Positions 34,489-42,183 of a stretch of DNA of 64,000 nt are shown one piece after another. Position numbers and translations under genes: made by a program. The stretch lies in the sequence record OQ703618.1, one strand, 5' to 3'. This DNA comes from Escherichia phage GADS24. The notes under the pieces were generated by a model. The model had not been told where the DNA came from. It saw only the letters and a program-made list of their open reading frames with translations, and did not search any database. Position 1 is the stretch's first letter, and every line of letters starts with the position of its first letter.

Positions 34489-34761
34489 TTAGTTGTTAGA
34501 ATACATCGCTAAATGACGATAAATATTTTCAAAACCTTCATTGAATTCACTAATCAGTGTTTTCTTTTCTTCGGCAGTTAAATTTGTAATTAGTTTTCTG
34601 AACGAATTCTGATTTAACTGCCGACCATCTTTTTTAATTCCAATCTCATTCAAGAATCCGATGAAACTTGCTCGGTCTTCAACAATATCTTCCCTAGAGA
34701 ATTTAATCAAAATAGAAGCAATAGTAATAATTTCACGTACGATTTCAATGTCTTTATTCAT
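34489..34761 (-). CDS. asiA: AsiA anti-sigma70 factor
   Basis: 90 aa matching T4 AsiA (MNK.I..VREIIT.ASILIKFSREDIVE.RA.FI.FLNEIG...). Confidence 0.93.
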   Translation of the reverse strand: MNKDIEIVREIITIASILIKFSREDIVEDRASFIGFLNEIGIKKDGRQLNQNSFRKLITNLTAEEKKTLISEFNEGFENIYRHLAMYSNN

Positions 34762-34807
34762 AACGTTTTATTCATTCCACTTAGTTGATATGGATATAGT
34801 ACCATTA

Positions 34808-34969
34808 TCAGTGTTGATTGTAAACGGCTTTTTCTACGCTTTTAACGTAATTGGTATAGTCTTCCTGTTCGTACGAGTGTAAGGCCAAGAACGGAACTAA
34901 TAGTTCATTATAGACTAAAGCCTCACGCTCACGTTCGGCCTCTACTACGTTCTGAAGATTATGACTCAT
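34808..34969 (-). CDS. hypothetical small protein, about 53 aa (start uncertain)
   Basis: Internal ATG 34967-34969 preceded by AAGGAA; track ORF 34808-35023. Confidence 0.35.
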   Translation of the reverse strand: MSHNLQNVVEAEREREALVYNELLVPFLALHSYEQEDYTNYVKSVEKAVYNQH

Positions 34970-35345
34970 ATCGTTCCTTATAACTATCAATGTAGTCCTG
35001 TATGTCGAAGAACGACATTTCATATTCTAGGGCATTAAGAGCCCGTTCTTCAGTATAGTCAGAACCAAAGACGATAGTGATTTCACCAGGCTTCATGTGA
35101 TTGAAATCAACACTAAAAGGAATACGAGAACATACTTCGTCTGCCATATCTGCAACAACACTACGATACACTTCTCGGTTAACCTGATAAAGCTCTGCGA
35201 GTTCTTCAGAACGAATAACAAGTTCAGTGGCAGGATTTTCTTTGATTTTAGTAAGCATAGTCTTTACCCTTATGTTTTTGTTTACGTTTAGATTGAAGTT
35301 CTGATTTCTTCTTGTCCTTATGGACGGAAGCCTTATTGAAATCAT
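34959..35345 (-). CDS. acidic protein in arn position (possible Arn-like DNA mimic); alternative start at 35258
   Basis: ORF between asiA and motA; residues after MLTKIKENP are strongly acidic; ATGA overlap with upstream ORF at 35342-35345. Confidence 0.35.
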   Translation of the reverse strand: MISIRLPSIRTRRNQNFNLNVNKNIRVKTMLTKIKENPATELVIRSEELAELYQVNREVYRSVVADMADEVCSRIPFSVDFNHMKPGEITIVFGSDYTEERALNALEYEMSFFDIQDYIDSYKERYES

Positions 35346-35557
35346 GTTTTGCTACAAGATTGTTCATAATGCTTTATAACCTCGTTTAAACATTTACTAG
35401 TGAAAGAAAACTTTTTAGCCACTGAACATTCGATAATGTGCTCTTTCAAATCTTTAGAGTCGGTATATCCCATCTCAGTAATAAAGTGGCGAATTAAAGC
35501 TTTATTCTTATCATTAACAGAATTAAAATAATCTGCTTTAGAATCAATTATTCTCAT
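35342..35557 (-). CDS. hypothetical protein, 71 aa
   Basis: ATG 35555-35557. Confidence 0.45.
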   Translation of the reverse strand: MRIIDSKADYFNSVNDKNKALIRHFITEMGYTDSKDLKEHIIECSVAKKFSFTSKCLNEVIKHYEQSCSKT

Positions 35558-35825
35558 CGTCTAATTTCCTTAATTGATATTGCAACGAGCTAATAATTTC
35601 TTCGTTCATTTTAATATACATGTCACGCAAGAAAGATTTTAACCCGTCACGAATAATTGCTAACGTATCACCTTTACATAAATTAACCAAATAAGGATGG
35701 TCTAAAGCGTCCCAACCAGGCTGATTAGCATACATACCATAGTTTTCTTCCATCATATGATTAAGACGTTTGATATCTTGGATACGTGATTCAATAGCAT
35801 CTTTCTGGAGTTGTTTAATATTCAT
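35544..35825 (-). CDS. hypothetical protein, 93 aa
   Basis: ATG 35823-35825. Confidence 0.45.
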   Translation of the reverse strand: MNIKQLQKDAIESRIQDIKRLNHMMEENYGMYANQPGWDALDHPYLVNLCKGDTLAIIRDGLKSFLRDMYIKMNEEIISSLQYQLRKLDDENN

Positions 35826-36286
35826 TAATAAAGGTCCTCTGAATAAAGTTCTTTCTCACTTCCGCCACGTTCAATACGTACCTGTCCAGCATACGTTGCA
35901 ATAATCATTGCTTCTTCACGAGTCCAGTAATTAGAGTATTGGTCGATAAAGCCTTGGTCATCACCACAAACTTGTTGCGAGACTAATTGAGGACCAACTA
36001 TATCAAGTACTTCAGCCATATCTTTAGAGTAATGACGAACTCCAGGAATAACCAGAGTTCCACCGCTCTTCAATTTAAATCTATTAGCTGCACATACTAT
36101 AACACGTTGAACTTTTTGGTCATTATTCCAATAACACGTTTGCCAACAGATTTCAGGAACTTCATTCATTACATCATCAGCAGAATAATTATAACCATAG
36201 GACTGAAATTTTTCTGCTAGACTTTCAGGAGTCTCACGAGACAAGGCCAAATCTAATAGCTCTAAACGTTCTTTAAATGATTTCAT
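35825..36286 (-). CDS. hypothetical protein, 153 aa
   Basis: ATG 36284-36286. Confidence 0.5.
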   Translation of the reverse strand: MKSFKERLELLDLALSRETPESLAEKFQSYGYNYSADDVMNEVPEICWQTCYWNNDQKVQRVIVCAANRFKLKSGGTLVIPGVRHYSKDMAEVLDIVGPQLVSQQVCGDDQGFIDQYSNYWTREEAMIIATYAGQVRIERGGSEKELYSEDLY

Positions 36287-36612
36287 TTAAACCATTCCTT
36301 AATACGTTGCCAAATAGATTTTTGTGCTTGTTTATTTACACCAATCGAACGAATAACTGGTTGTGACTGCTGATATTCTTTATAATCTTCTTTATAGATT
36401 TCGTAAGCTGCATCAACAAATGAACTGATCGCTGCCATAAAGTTTTTACGAAGGCCAAATGGTGCGTCATTATTTTCACGAATAACCATATATTGGCCTG
36501 CTTTAATCTTTACAATTGTCCCTAAATAAGCCCCGTGGTACCAAATATCCCATCCTTCCTGAGTAGGTTCTGCACATTTACGAAGTTCGTTAATAATATT
36601 CAGCTTATTCAT
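36283..36612 (-). CDS. hypothetical protein, 109 aa
   Basis: ATG 36610-36612. Confidence 0.5.
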   Translation of the reverse strand: MNKLNIINELRKCAEPTQEGWDIWYHGAYLGTIVKIKAGQYMVIRENNDAPFGLRKNFMAAISSFVDAAYEIYKEDYKEYQQSQPVIRSIGVNKQAQKSIWQRIKEWFK

Positions 36613-36622
36613 TATGTATTCC

Positions 36623-37255
36623 TCACAGTACGTTAGTTACAAGGGTAATGATTTCTTTGGAAACATTAGGGAAGTCGATGTAGGTATATTTACCACCGAT
36701 CTTAATCTTAACATCATTTTCAAGAGAAGTAAACAGCTTTGATTCAGTTTCTGACATGTTGTATGCAAAGATTCTAAGAGAACCATTTCGACGAATTTCG
36801 ATCTGTCGAATACCTAGAACTCGTTTTGCAAATCGAACTTCCAAGTTACTACGGTTTTCACCGATTTCTTTAACTTCAACTTTATCTTTAATATTTTCAA
36901 AAACAAAGTTTGCTAATTCATGCATTTCAGGAGTAACTCCACGTGCTTTTCTGGTGTTACGTTTCTGAAGAAGTTCTGGAGCATTTTCTTGAGCAAATAG
37001 GTCTGCAGCTTTTTGGATAATATCCATTGCTTCACCTGTTGCTATAAGTCCATCACCAGATTTTTCGACTAAACCTTTCTTAATCAATACACCAATGTTA
37101 GAGTTAACAACCGATGCATTGTATTCCGCTTCCAGAGCTTCACGGACATTGGCAGCAGTGGTGAAGTTGTTCTTAATGATATAAACCATTATTGCAGCAG
37201 TTTTTTCATTCAGAGCGTTTTCAGAAGCTTTGATGATGTAAGTAACTTTAGACAT
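36623..37255 (-). CDS. motA: MotA middle-promoter transcription activator
   Basis: 210 aa; N-terminal domain matches T4 MotA (MSKVTYIIKAS...VVNSNIGVLIKKGLVEKSGDGLI.TGEA.DII..AA.L.AQENAPELL.KR.TRKAR). Confidence 0.9.
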   Translation of the reverse strand: MSKVTYIIKASENALNEKTAAIMVYIIKNNFTTAANVREALEAEYNASVVNSNIGVLIKKGLVEKSGDGLIATGEAMDIIQKAADLFAQENAPELLQKRNTRKARGVTPEMHELANFVFENIKDKVEVKEIGENRSNLEVRFAKRVLGIRQIEIRRNGSLRIFAYNMSETESKLFTSLENDVKIKIGGKYTYIDFPNVSKEIITLVTNVL

Positions 37256-37294
37256 TTTATTTCTCCAATTTGGTTGTTTTGTTTTGATAGGTCT

Positions 37295-37323
37295 ATAATA
37301 TCATGTTTGAAGCATATGTAAAC
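37295..37323 (-). promoter_or_regulatory. T4-type early promoter for motA (GTTTAC, 17 nt, TATTAT)
   Basis: Motif match. Confidence 0.5.
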
Positions 37324-37346
37324 TGTTTTGTGAGAAAAAAATGCAC

Positions 37347-37366
37347 AAAAGGGAGCCGAAGCTCCC
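37347..37366 (-). terminator. Intrinsic terminator GGGAGC-UUCG-GCUCCC plus U-tract (after gene 52)
   Basis: Hairpin 37351-37366 with A4 on plus strand. Confidence 0.55.
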
Positions 37367-37442
37367 TAATCATGTTTGTCCAACCAATACAGCCAAATCA
37401 CTAGTGCAGCTATTGCACCGAGAAATCCTAAGGCTAGGGCAC

Positions 37443-38768
37443 TCAAAGTGCCTCCAAGTCTTTAGTGTACTCTGTCACAACATCAGTAGACTTCCAATAC
37501 TCATTTTCTTCTTTCTTAGCTTTAGCTTCTTCTGCTAGTTTACGTGCTTCGTCGGAAGTGATATGGAAGATGTTAAGACCTACCAGTTTATCGACATGTT
37601 CTTTATACATTTCGATTTGTGCTAGCTCTTCAGTCAAAGCTTTACGAGTCTTGCCCTGAATCACAATTTCACCACTGATAACTTTTTTGATGAAGTGTGC
37701 CTTAGCAAAAGCAAGTTTAAATGCTTTTTCAGATTCAAGGATTTTGTTGTCAATACGTTTCTGAACGTAAGTCTTACGGACTTCAACAAAATCTTTGATT
37801 AAGTCCACTACGTTATCGTAGACAGCTAATTTACCCTTTTCATTAATCACTGTGATGTTTTGTGAACGACGTTCGATTAGACTAAAATCTTTCATGATTT
37901 TTTCATGACGTAGCTCTTCGTCATCAGGAAGCGAGTACTCTTTACGGAACTTCACCTTAAACCCAAAGCCGTGTTCACCGCAATCATCTTCCCATGAGAT
38001 TAGACCTTTGTCTTCCAACGGGTCGAGAACCTTACTCACATACGTTTCACGGTCGAATTTATATGGGATTTCAGTTATCTGCATTTGAGTGCGAGATGTG
38101 AACTTATATGTTCCGTGAATCTCATAACGCCCATCAACTTCATGTACTTCACCACGGAATTCCGGGAATTCAACTTTTGGCTTAGTGACATTTTTACCTT
38201 GAAGAGCTTGTAATACAGCCTTTTTGACTGATTTAAAACTATGAGGCAGAATATTTGTTGCGTAACCGGTTGCAATACCAGAGACGCCATTCAAAAGAAC
38301 TGTCGGAATAATAGGAAGATAGAATTTTGGTGGAATGTGTTCTTTATCTTCATGAGCTGGAGCATATTCAGTATCTTTATATACGTTATAGAAATTTTTA
38401 CTTACACGAGCAAAAATATAACGAGATGCTGCAGCTTTTTGGACTGTTCTAGAACCAAAGTTGCCTTGGCCATCTAACAGTGGATAGTTGTTGTTCCATG
38501 TGTTAGCCATCAATGCACCTGCATCTTGTGCAGAAGATTCACCATGGTGATAACCTAAATCTGCAACACCGCCTGCAATTGACGCAAGTTTATGAAATTT
38601 TTCTTTATTACCACGAGCCAAATCTAATGCACGATGAACCACAAAACGTTGAACCGGCTTAAATCCATCAATCATGTTTGGGATTGCACGGTTTTCAACG
38701 GTGTACATCGCATATGCTAAGGCTTCGTTATCAATAATACTTTTTAGATTACGAGAATTCAATTGCAT
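37443..38768 (-). CDS. 52: DNA topoisomerase II medium subunit gp52 (GyrA-like)
   Basis: 441 aa matching T4 gp52 length and N-terminus; synteny. Confidence 0.95.
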   Translation of the reverse strand: MQLNSRNLKSIIDNEALAYAMYTVENRAIPNMIDGFKPVQRFVVHRALDLARGNKEKFHKLASIAGGVADLGYHHGESSAQDAGALMANTWNNNYPLLDGQGNFGSRTVQKAAASRYIFARVSKNFYNVYKDTEYAPAHEDKEHIPPKFYLPIIPTVLLNGVSGIATGYATNILPHSFKSVKKAVLQALQGKNVTKPKVEFPEFRGEVHEVDGRYEIHGTYKFTSRTQMQITEIPYKFDRETYVSKVLDPLEDKGLISWEDDCGEHGFGFKVKFRKEYSLPDDEELRHEKIMKDFSLIERRSQNITVINEKGKLAVYDNVVDLIKDFVEVRKTYVQKRIDNKILESEKAFKLAFAKAHFIKKVISGEIVIQGKTRKALTEELAQIEMYKEHVDKLVGLNIFHITSDEARKLAEEAKAKKEENEYWKSTDVVTEYTKDLEAL

Positions 38769-38772
38769 ATTT

Positions 38773-38913
38773 TCACCATATTAATGAACGAATAGCCATT
38801 ATAACATCTGAAATGAAAAGCACTACTTGGATTAGTCCAAACATCACACCATAGTACAGAACCGTAAGCAACAACAAGAGCCCGAAGGCTCCTGCTAAGA
38901 TTTTCTTAATCAT
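38773..38913 (-). CDS. small hydrophobic membrane protein, 46 aa (below ORF-track cutoff)
   Basis: Hand translation MIKKILAGAFGLLLLLTVLYYGVMFGLIQVVLFISDVIMAIRSLIW; ATG 38911-38913 overlaps upstream stop (TAATG). Confidence 0.4.
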   Translation of the reverse strand: MIKKILAGAFGLLLLLTVLYYGVMFGLIQVVLFISDVIMAIRSLIW

Positions 38914-39059
38914 TACTCGCCTTTTAATACGTTAAGAAGAGCTAAGACCGCTAAGGTACCTTGTGACACCGCCTGTTGAAATACTGTTGTTTCGCCTGTA
39001 ACTAAAGTGTTAACGAATAAAAACGACCAACACAGCAATGCAATAATCCATGCTACCAT
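38913..39059 (-). CDS. small hydrophobic membrane protein, 48 aa (below ORF-track cutoff)
   Basis: Hand translation MVAWIIALLCWSFLFVNTLVTGETTVFQQAVSQGTLAVLALLNVLKGE; ATG 39057-39059. Confidence 0.4.
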   Translation of the reverse strand: MVAWIIALLCWSFLFVNTLVTGETTVFQQAVSQGTLAVLALLNVLKGE

Positions 39060-39111
39060 TTTAATTACCTCAAAAATAAATTAAAGGCCCAACTTAATAG
39101 GCCCGTATAAA

Positions 39112-39558
39112 TTAGTAACTCTGCAGAATGAATTTGAAATTATCTGCCAGAAGACGGTTCATTTCAGTGAGTGTTTGATATTCTGATGTATGATTGCGAG
39201 TGAATGCCAGAGCCAATTGTCCTTTACCATAACCAGTGGTCAGAGGTTTCATGTTCTTAGCTGCAACAAAGATTACATCATATTCAATATTGTTAGTGCC
39301 CATGGTACGGGCTAGTTGCGAACGGCCTTGACGAATGTGAGAAAGAATTGCATCCAACCCTTGTTTAGAACGTTGACGTCCTACAAAGAATCGTGCTGCA
39401 ACTTGACGCCAATCAGATGAACCTTTAACAAAGAAGTAAAAACCTTCACGAGAACGAAACTCTTTAGAAACTTCAGAACCGTACTCGCCATTACGAACTA
39501 CTGCAACAACTTCACCGCCAACTGCCAGAAGGTCTTTACGAGTTAAATATTTGGACAT
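39112..39558 (-). CDS. ndd: Ndd nucleoid disruption protein
   Basis: 148 aa; C-terminal half matches T4 Ndd (RSKQG..A.LSHIRQ.RSQLART...[40 protein letters not shown]). Confidence 0.88.
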   Translation of the reverse strand: MSKYLTRKDLLAVGGEVVAVVRNGEYGSEVSKEFRSREGFYFFVKGSSDWRQVAARFFVGRQRSKQGLDAILSHIRQGRSQLARTMGTNNIEYDVIFVAAKNMKPLTTGYGKGQLALAFTRNHTSEYQTLTEMNRLLADNFKFILQSY

Positions 39559-39602
39559 GCTAATTTCCTCAATTGATTAATGTTTTTGTAATCCATGAGA
39601 GC

Positions 39603-39632
39603 ATTATACTCTGCTCTCAAGAGTTTGTACAA
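39603..39632 (-). promoter_or_regulatory. Early promoter variant for ndd (TTGTAC-like -35, 18 nt, TATAAT)
   Basis: Same context as promoter at 11753-11781 with one substitution in -35. Confidence 0.4.
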
Positions 39633-39634
39633 TT

Positions 39635-39835
39635 TTATTCGGCTATATCAGAACGTTCAAAAAGCTCTTCAACAGTTAAACATTCAGTGTCATCTTCAAT
39701 AAAGAATCGAGTCCAACACGTTGGGGCGATACAGTTATGAGTTTGTCCGGCTATAGAAGCTACACGAATAAGCTGTTGGCCATTATTCAGGACAAATTTT
39801 TCGCCAATTTCAACATCTTTAAAAAGCTTAGCCAT
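39635..39835 (-). CDS. hypothetical protein, 66 aa
   Basis: ATG 39833-39835. Confidence 0.45.
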   Translation of the reverse strand: MAKLFKDVEIGEKFVLNNGQQLIRVASIAGQTHNCIAPTCWTRFFIEDDTECLTVEELFERSDIAE

Positions 39836-39895
39836 TTTGTGTTCCTCGTGTTTTGATAGGACTACTATACCATAATCCTACCTTGATGTAAACAA

Positions 39896-40006
39896 TTAAA
39901 TTACATTAAAGTATGTTAAAGCCAACCATGTTCCAGTGAACGAACATGCGATGTAAAAACCCGTATCACAAATTGTTCTTAGTACAATAATAAGTGCATT
40001 TTTCAT
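39896..40006 (-). CDS. small hydrophobic peptide, 36 aa (below ORF-track cutoff)
   Basis: Hand translation MKNALIIVLRTICDTGFYIACSFTGTWLALTYFNVI; ATG 40004-40006 with GAGGT RBS. Confidence 0.3.
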   Translation of the reverse strand: MKNALIIVLRTICDTGFYIACSFTGTWLALTYFNVI

Positions 40007-40085
40007 AAGTACCTCAACACAATTGAAAATATTATACAAATCATTGGGATACTAAGCAACCATATTCCGATCCACATTTTAGAGC

Positions 40086-40349
40086 TCATATCTCAACTTC
40101 CGCGAGTTCCATATATCCTTTGTTGATAACCTCTTTAAGGTCTTTAGAAAGAATAACACAAAAATGGTCGTTCATATGCCCATTAACCAGACGAGTTATT
40201 TCGGCTTCAGATGACATATAAGGCACGTCTGAGTCCCAATGAGATAGTCCCAAATGGGTATAAATCATCCCTTCGTCATCTGCAGTGTTGTACATTGAAA
40301 CAAATTCGCCTGTTACTTTATGTTTTGCGTAGAAAAATTTAAATTTCAT
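40086..40349 (-). CDS. hypothetical protein, 87 aa
   Basis: ATG 40347-40349. Confidence 0.45.
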   Translation of the reverse strand: MKFKFFYAKHKVTGEFVSMYNTADDEGMIYTHLGLSHWDSDVPYMSSEAEITRLVNGHMNDHFCVILSKDLKEVINKGYMELAEVEI

Positions 40350-40417
40350 GATGTTATCCTCTTTTAGATAGGACTACTATATCATAGTCCTACTTAGTTG
40401 TAAATACTTTTATGAAA

Positions 40418-40975
40418 TTAAAGTTGAAGATACCACCCGTTGTAGTTGCTCTTGCGGACGATTTTCTTTAGGTCTTCATGGTCTCCCACAAACTTTATAG
40501 AATAAGAGAAGACGTCAGGTGAGGTTTCTTTGGCATCTAATATAATAATGCAATCTGCGACTCGATGGTTCAAGAAGGGGCCTATATTGATTCCATTACC
40601 ACCCGGATAATCACCACTGTATCCTGTGGTAACCGAAATCCATTTAGAATCTATCTGATGTGTCTTGACTTCTACACGAATTCCACAATACTTCGGATGG
40701 GCTAACACGTCCCATGCATACGTGTACGGGTCTTCTACGTCTTCAATACCTTTATTAACATATCCGTCTAGCCAATTTGCTACTACATACTCTGCAAAGA
40801 CCGCAACCTTACAACGTCGAACTACATCTTCTTTGTTTTGGTCAGGATTTTGGCTCAGGGAATACCGAGCAGTGTCAGCAATCTTCACCTTCATTTCACT
40901 AGTCAAAAACTCATTCGACAGGATAAATGTCGGAAGATTCTTCAGTCTCAACAGTCCCAAGTTCGTCTTTACCAT
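40418..40975 (-). CDS. denB: putative endonuclease IV (DenB) by position and size
   Basis: Start placed at ATG 40973-40975 with GAGGT RBS, giving 185 aa (T4 DenB length as recalled); adjacent region to rIIB as in T4; sequence identity not verified. Confidence 0.4.
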   Translation of the reverse strand: MVKTNLGLLRLKNLPTFILSNEFLTSEMKVKIADTARYSLSQNPDQNKEDVVRRCKVAVFAEYVVANWLDGYVNKGIEDVEDPYTYAWDVLAHPKYCGIRVEVKTHQIDSKWISVTTGYSGDYPGGNGINIGPFLNHRVADCIIILDAKETSPDVFSYSIKFVGDHEDLKKIVRKSNYNGWYLQL

Positions 40976-41198
40976 AGATACCTCTGATGTGTAGTTCGCC
41001 AAAATAAATGCGGTCACCTTCTTCAAGATATTCTGCATCTACAGGCGGAATTTCAATAACAACTTCGTCACATTCTAACCACCCGTAGTGTGCATCGCCA
41101 GGATGTTTTACCAATTTAGCACAATAAACTGATTTACATTTATGATGGCCACGAAGATTAGCGATTTTGGATTCTGATACGTCAAATGGATGAATCAT
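40911..41198 (-). CDS. hypothetical protein, about 95 aa, overlapping putative denB start by 65 nt
   Basis: ATG 41196-41198; track ORF begins with TTG at 41249. Confidence 0.3.
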   Translation of the reverse strand: MIHPFDVSESKIANLRGHHKCKSVYCAKLVKHPGDAHYGWLECDEVVIEIPPVDAEYLEEGDRIYFGELHIRGIYGKDELGTVETEESSDIYPVE

Positions 41199-41212
41199 AA
41201 TTACCCCTAAAG

Positions 41213-41233
41213 AAAAAGGGGACCGAAGTCCCC
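41213..41233 (-). terminator. Intrinsic terminator GGGGAC-UUCG-GUCCCC plus U5 (after rIIB)
   Basis: Hairpin 41218-41233 with A5 on plus strand. Confidence 0.55.
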
Positions 41234-41238
41234 AATTA

Positions 41239-42174
41239 TTATTCTGCAAATAATTCAGTAACGTCTGAAATTACTTCATAACGACAAGTACGCATCTTAG
41301 CATCGCCGTAGTCAACTGGGATGGACACAACATCACGTGGATGAACTTTAACCTTAACAACTTTATCTGAGCTAGAACCAAAGTAACGAATATATGATTT
41401 AGCACAAACATGTAGACCACGGGAACAAGTTTGTGTATCATCATCGTTAACACGAGTACGAGGCATTGAAACAACTTTACCAGGTGAGTTATCAAATGTA
41501 CCACTATAGCAGTCTAAATAGTCCTTACGAACTACTTTCCACGCATAGAAATGCCCATCTTCAGTGATTTCAATATCGTTTGCAACCAAGAAGTCGAATA
41601 AACGTTGTACAGCTTTTTCGCTTGGGTTTTCTAACAGGTTTTCAAGGAATGGCAGATAGAATTTAAAGTCTTCGCCTTTTTCCATAGAATCAATAATACG
41701 ATTAACCAGCCCTGAACGAATCTCTATACCTTGATAAAATAAACTACCACCTTCAATAGTAACATTACCATCAACAAACTTAGTAATAGCTTTCTTGACG
41801 TTAATAAGTTCGACAGCTTTACTAAGGTTTCCTGCGACCAGATTAGCTTTAATTTCTTCAAAATTTGCATGACTTGATGGAGTCGCATTGTATGCTACGC
41901 GTCCTTCAATAATTGAAATAAATTTAGATGACGCGTTCCATACGATTTCAGGACGATGTCCGCCGATAATAGGTTCATCATTTTCTGGGACCTGTTCTTC
42001 GTCTTCAAATTCAGCTGCTTTCTCTTCAGCTTTAAAATTCTTAACAATCTTACGAAGAGTATCTGTTGAAATGTCGAAGTAATCGGCAATTTCTTTACGG
42101 GTCCATTTGCCTGATTCGACCAGGCCGTAAGCTTCTAACTGTTCTTCTTGGGGCAAGCATTTGATATTGTACAT
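41239..42174 (-). CDS. rIIB: rIIB
   Basis: 311 aa; N-terminus MYNIKCL and C-terminal two-thirds match T4 rIIB (NATP..H.NF.EI...LVA..L..A...INV..A..KF..G.V.IEGGSL.YQ.IE.RSGLV.RI.DSMEKGE.F.FY.PFLENLLENPS.KAV.RLFDFLVANDIEITEDG.FYAWKVVR). Confidence 0.93.
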   Translation of the reverse strand: MYNIKCLPQEEQLEAYGLVESGKWTRKEIADYFDISTDTLRKIVKNFKAEEKAAEFEDEEQVPENDEPIIGGHRPEIVWNASSKFISIIEGRVAYNATPSSHANFEEIKANLVAGNLSKAVELINVKKAITKFVDGNVTIEGGSLFYQGIEIRSGLVNRIIDSMEKGEDFKFYLPFLENLLENPSEKAVQRLFDFLVANDIEITEDGHFYAWKVVRKDYLDCYSGTFDNSPGKVVSMPRTRVNDDDTQTCSRGLHVCAKSYIRYFGSSSDKVVKVKVHPRDVVSIPVDYGDAKMRTCRYEVISDVTELFAE

Positions 42175-42183
42175 AATGTTTCC

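Noticed and set aside
38878-38891. GAGCC-CGAA-GGCTC hairpin
   Set aside because: Falls inside the coding sequence of the 46-aa membrane ORF (codons AGAFGL), so not called as a terminator
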